Source: Octopus sinensis (Eukaryota). From it: a stretch of 6,646 bases of DNA. The notes under the pieces are model-generated. The model was given only the letters and a program-made list of their open reading frames with translations. It was not told where the DNA came from and did not search any database. Position numbers and translations under genes: made by a program. The stretch is taken from the NCBI RefSeq assembly GCF_006345805.1, contig NW_021829261.1, forward strand, positions 1-6,646. Direction: 5' to 3'. Of the stretch, positions 6,379 to 6,646 are shown in pieces; the first letter of the stretch is position 1, and every line of letters begins with the position of its first letter.

Positions 6379-6646
6379 ACAATTCCGATAGAGTCCTTAT
6401 GTCTAAGAGTGTTGCCATATGTATTGACTATCCAATATTCAACTGTATAGAGCTGCGGGTGTCACTTTATCATGTTTCGTTGTTTAAATTAGAAGTGATA
6501 GCTTTATTGCTGTAATTGTGTTTCAGTGTGAATTGCCCAGTCTCTAGAGTCAAGGAGTTTCGCAACTTGAGAACTCTTCTAAGTTAGACTTCACTTTCGA
6601 AGTTGGATGTAAGCAAAATTACTTATTAGATTTGACAACCTTCCAT

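Overview
AT-rich, microsatellite-dense eukaryotic non-coding DNA. The SINE families look like cephalopod (Octopus-type) repeats, but this is recalled from memory and not searched. None of the supplied ORFs is credible. The main feature is a near-perfect head-to-tail array of about 3.1 units of 481-486 bp (2366-3885). Each full unit carries a type I hammerhead ribozyme on the minus strand (CUGAUGA...GAAA...GUA, 8-bp stem I, palindromic stem III, unusually long stem II). The unit folds better on the minus strand through many G·U pairs, and the array ends in an 80-bp inverted fragment with twin-priming geometry. This fits a non-LTR retrozyme or Penelope pLTR-derived element that could release ~485-nt monomers or circRNAs. 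A second, sequence-unrelated type I hammerhead with an 85-nt stem II lies on the plus strand at 5357-5493. Also present: three SINE copies or fragments, a probable LINE 3' end, a degenerate 13/15-bp minisatellite, several microsatellites and a weak candidate exon on the minus strand.
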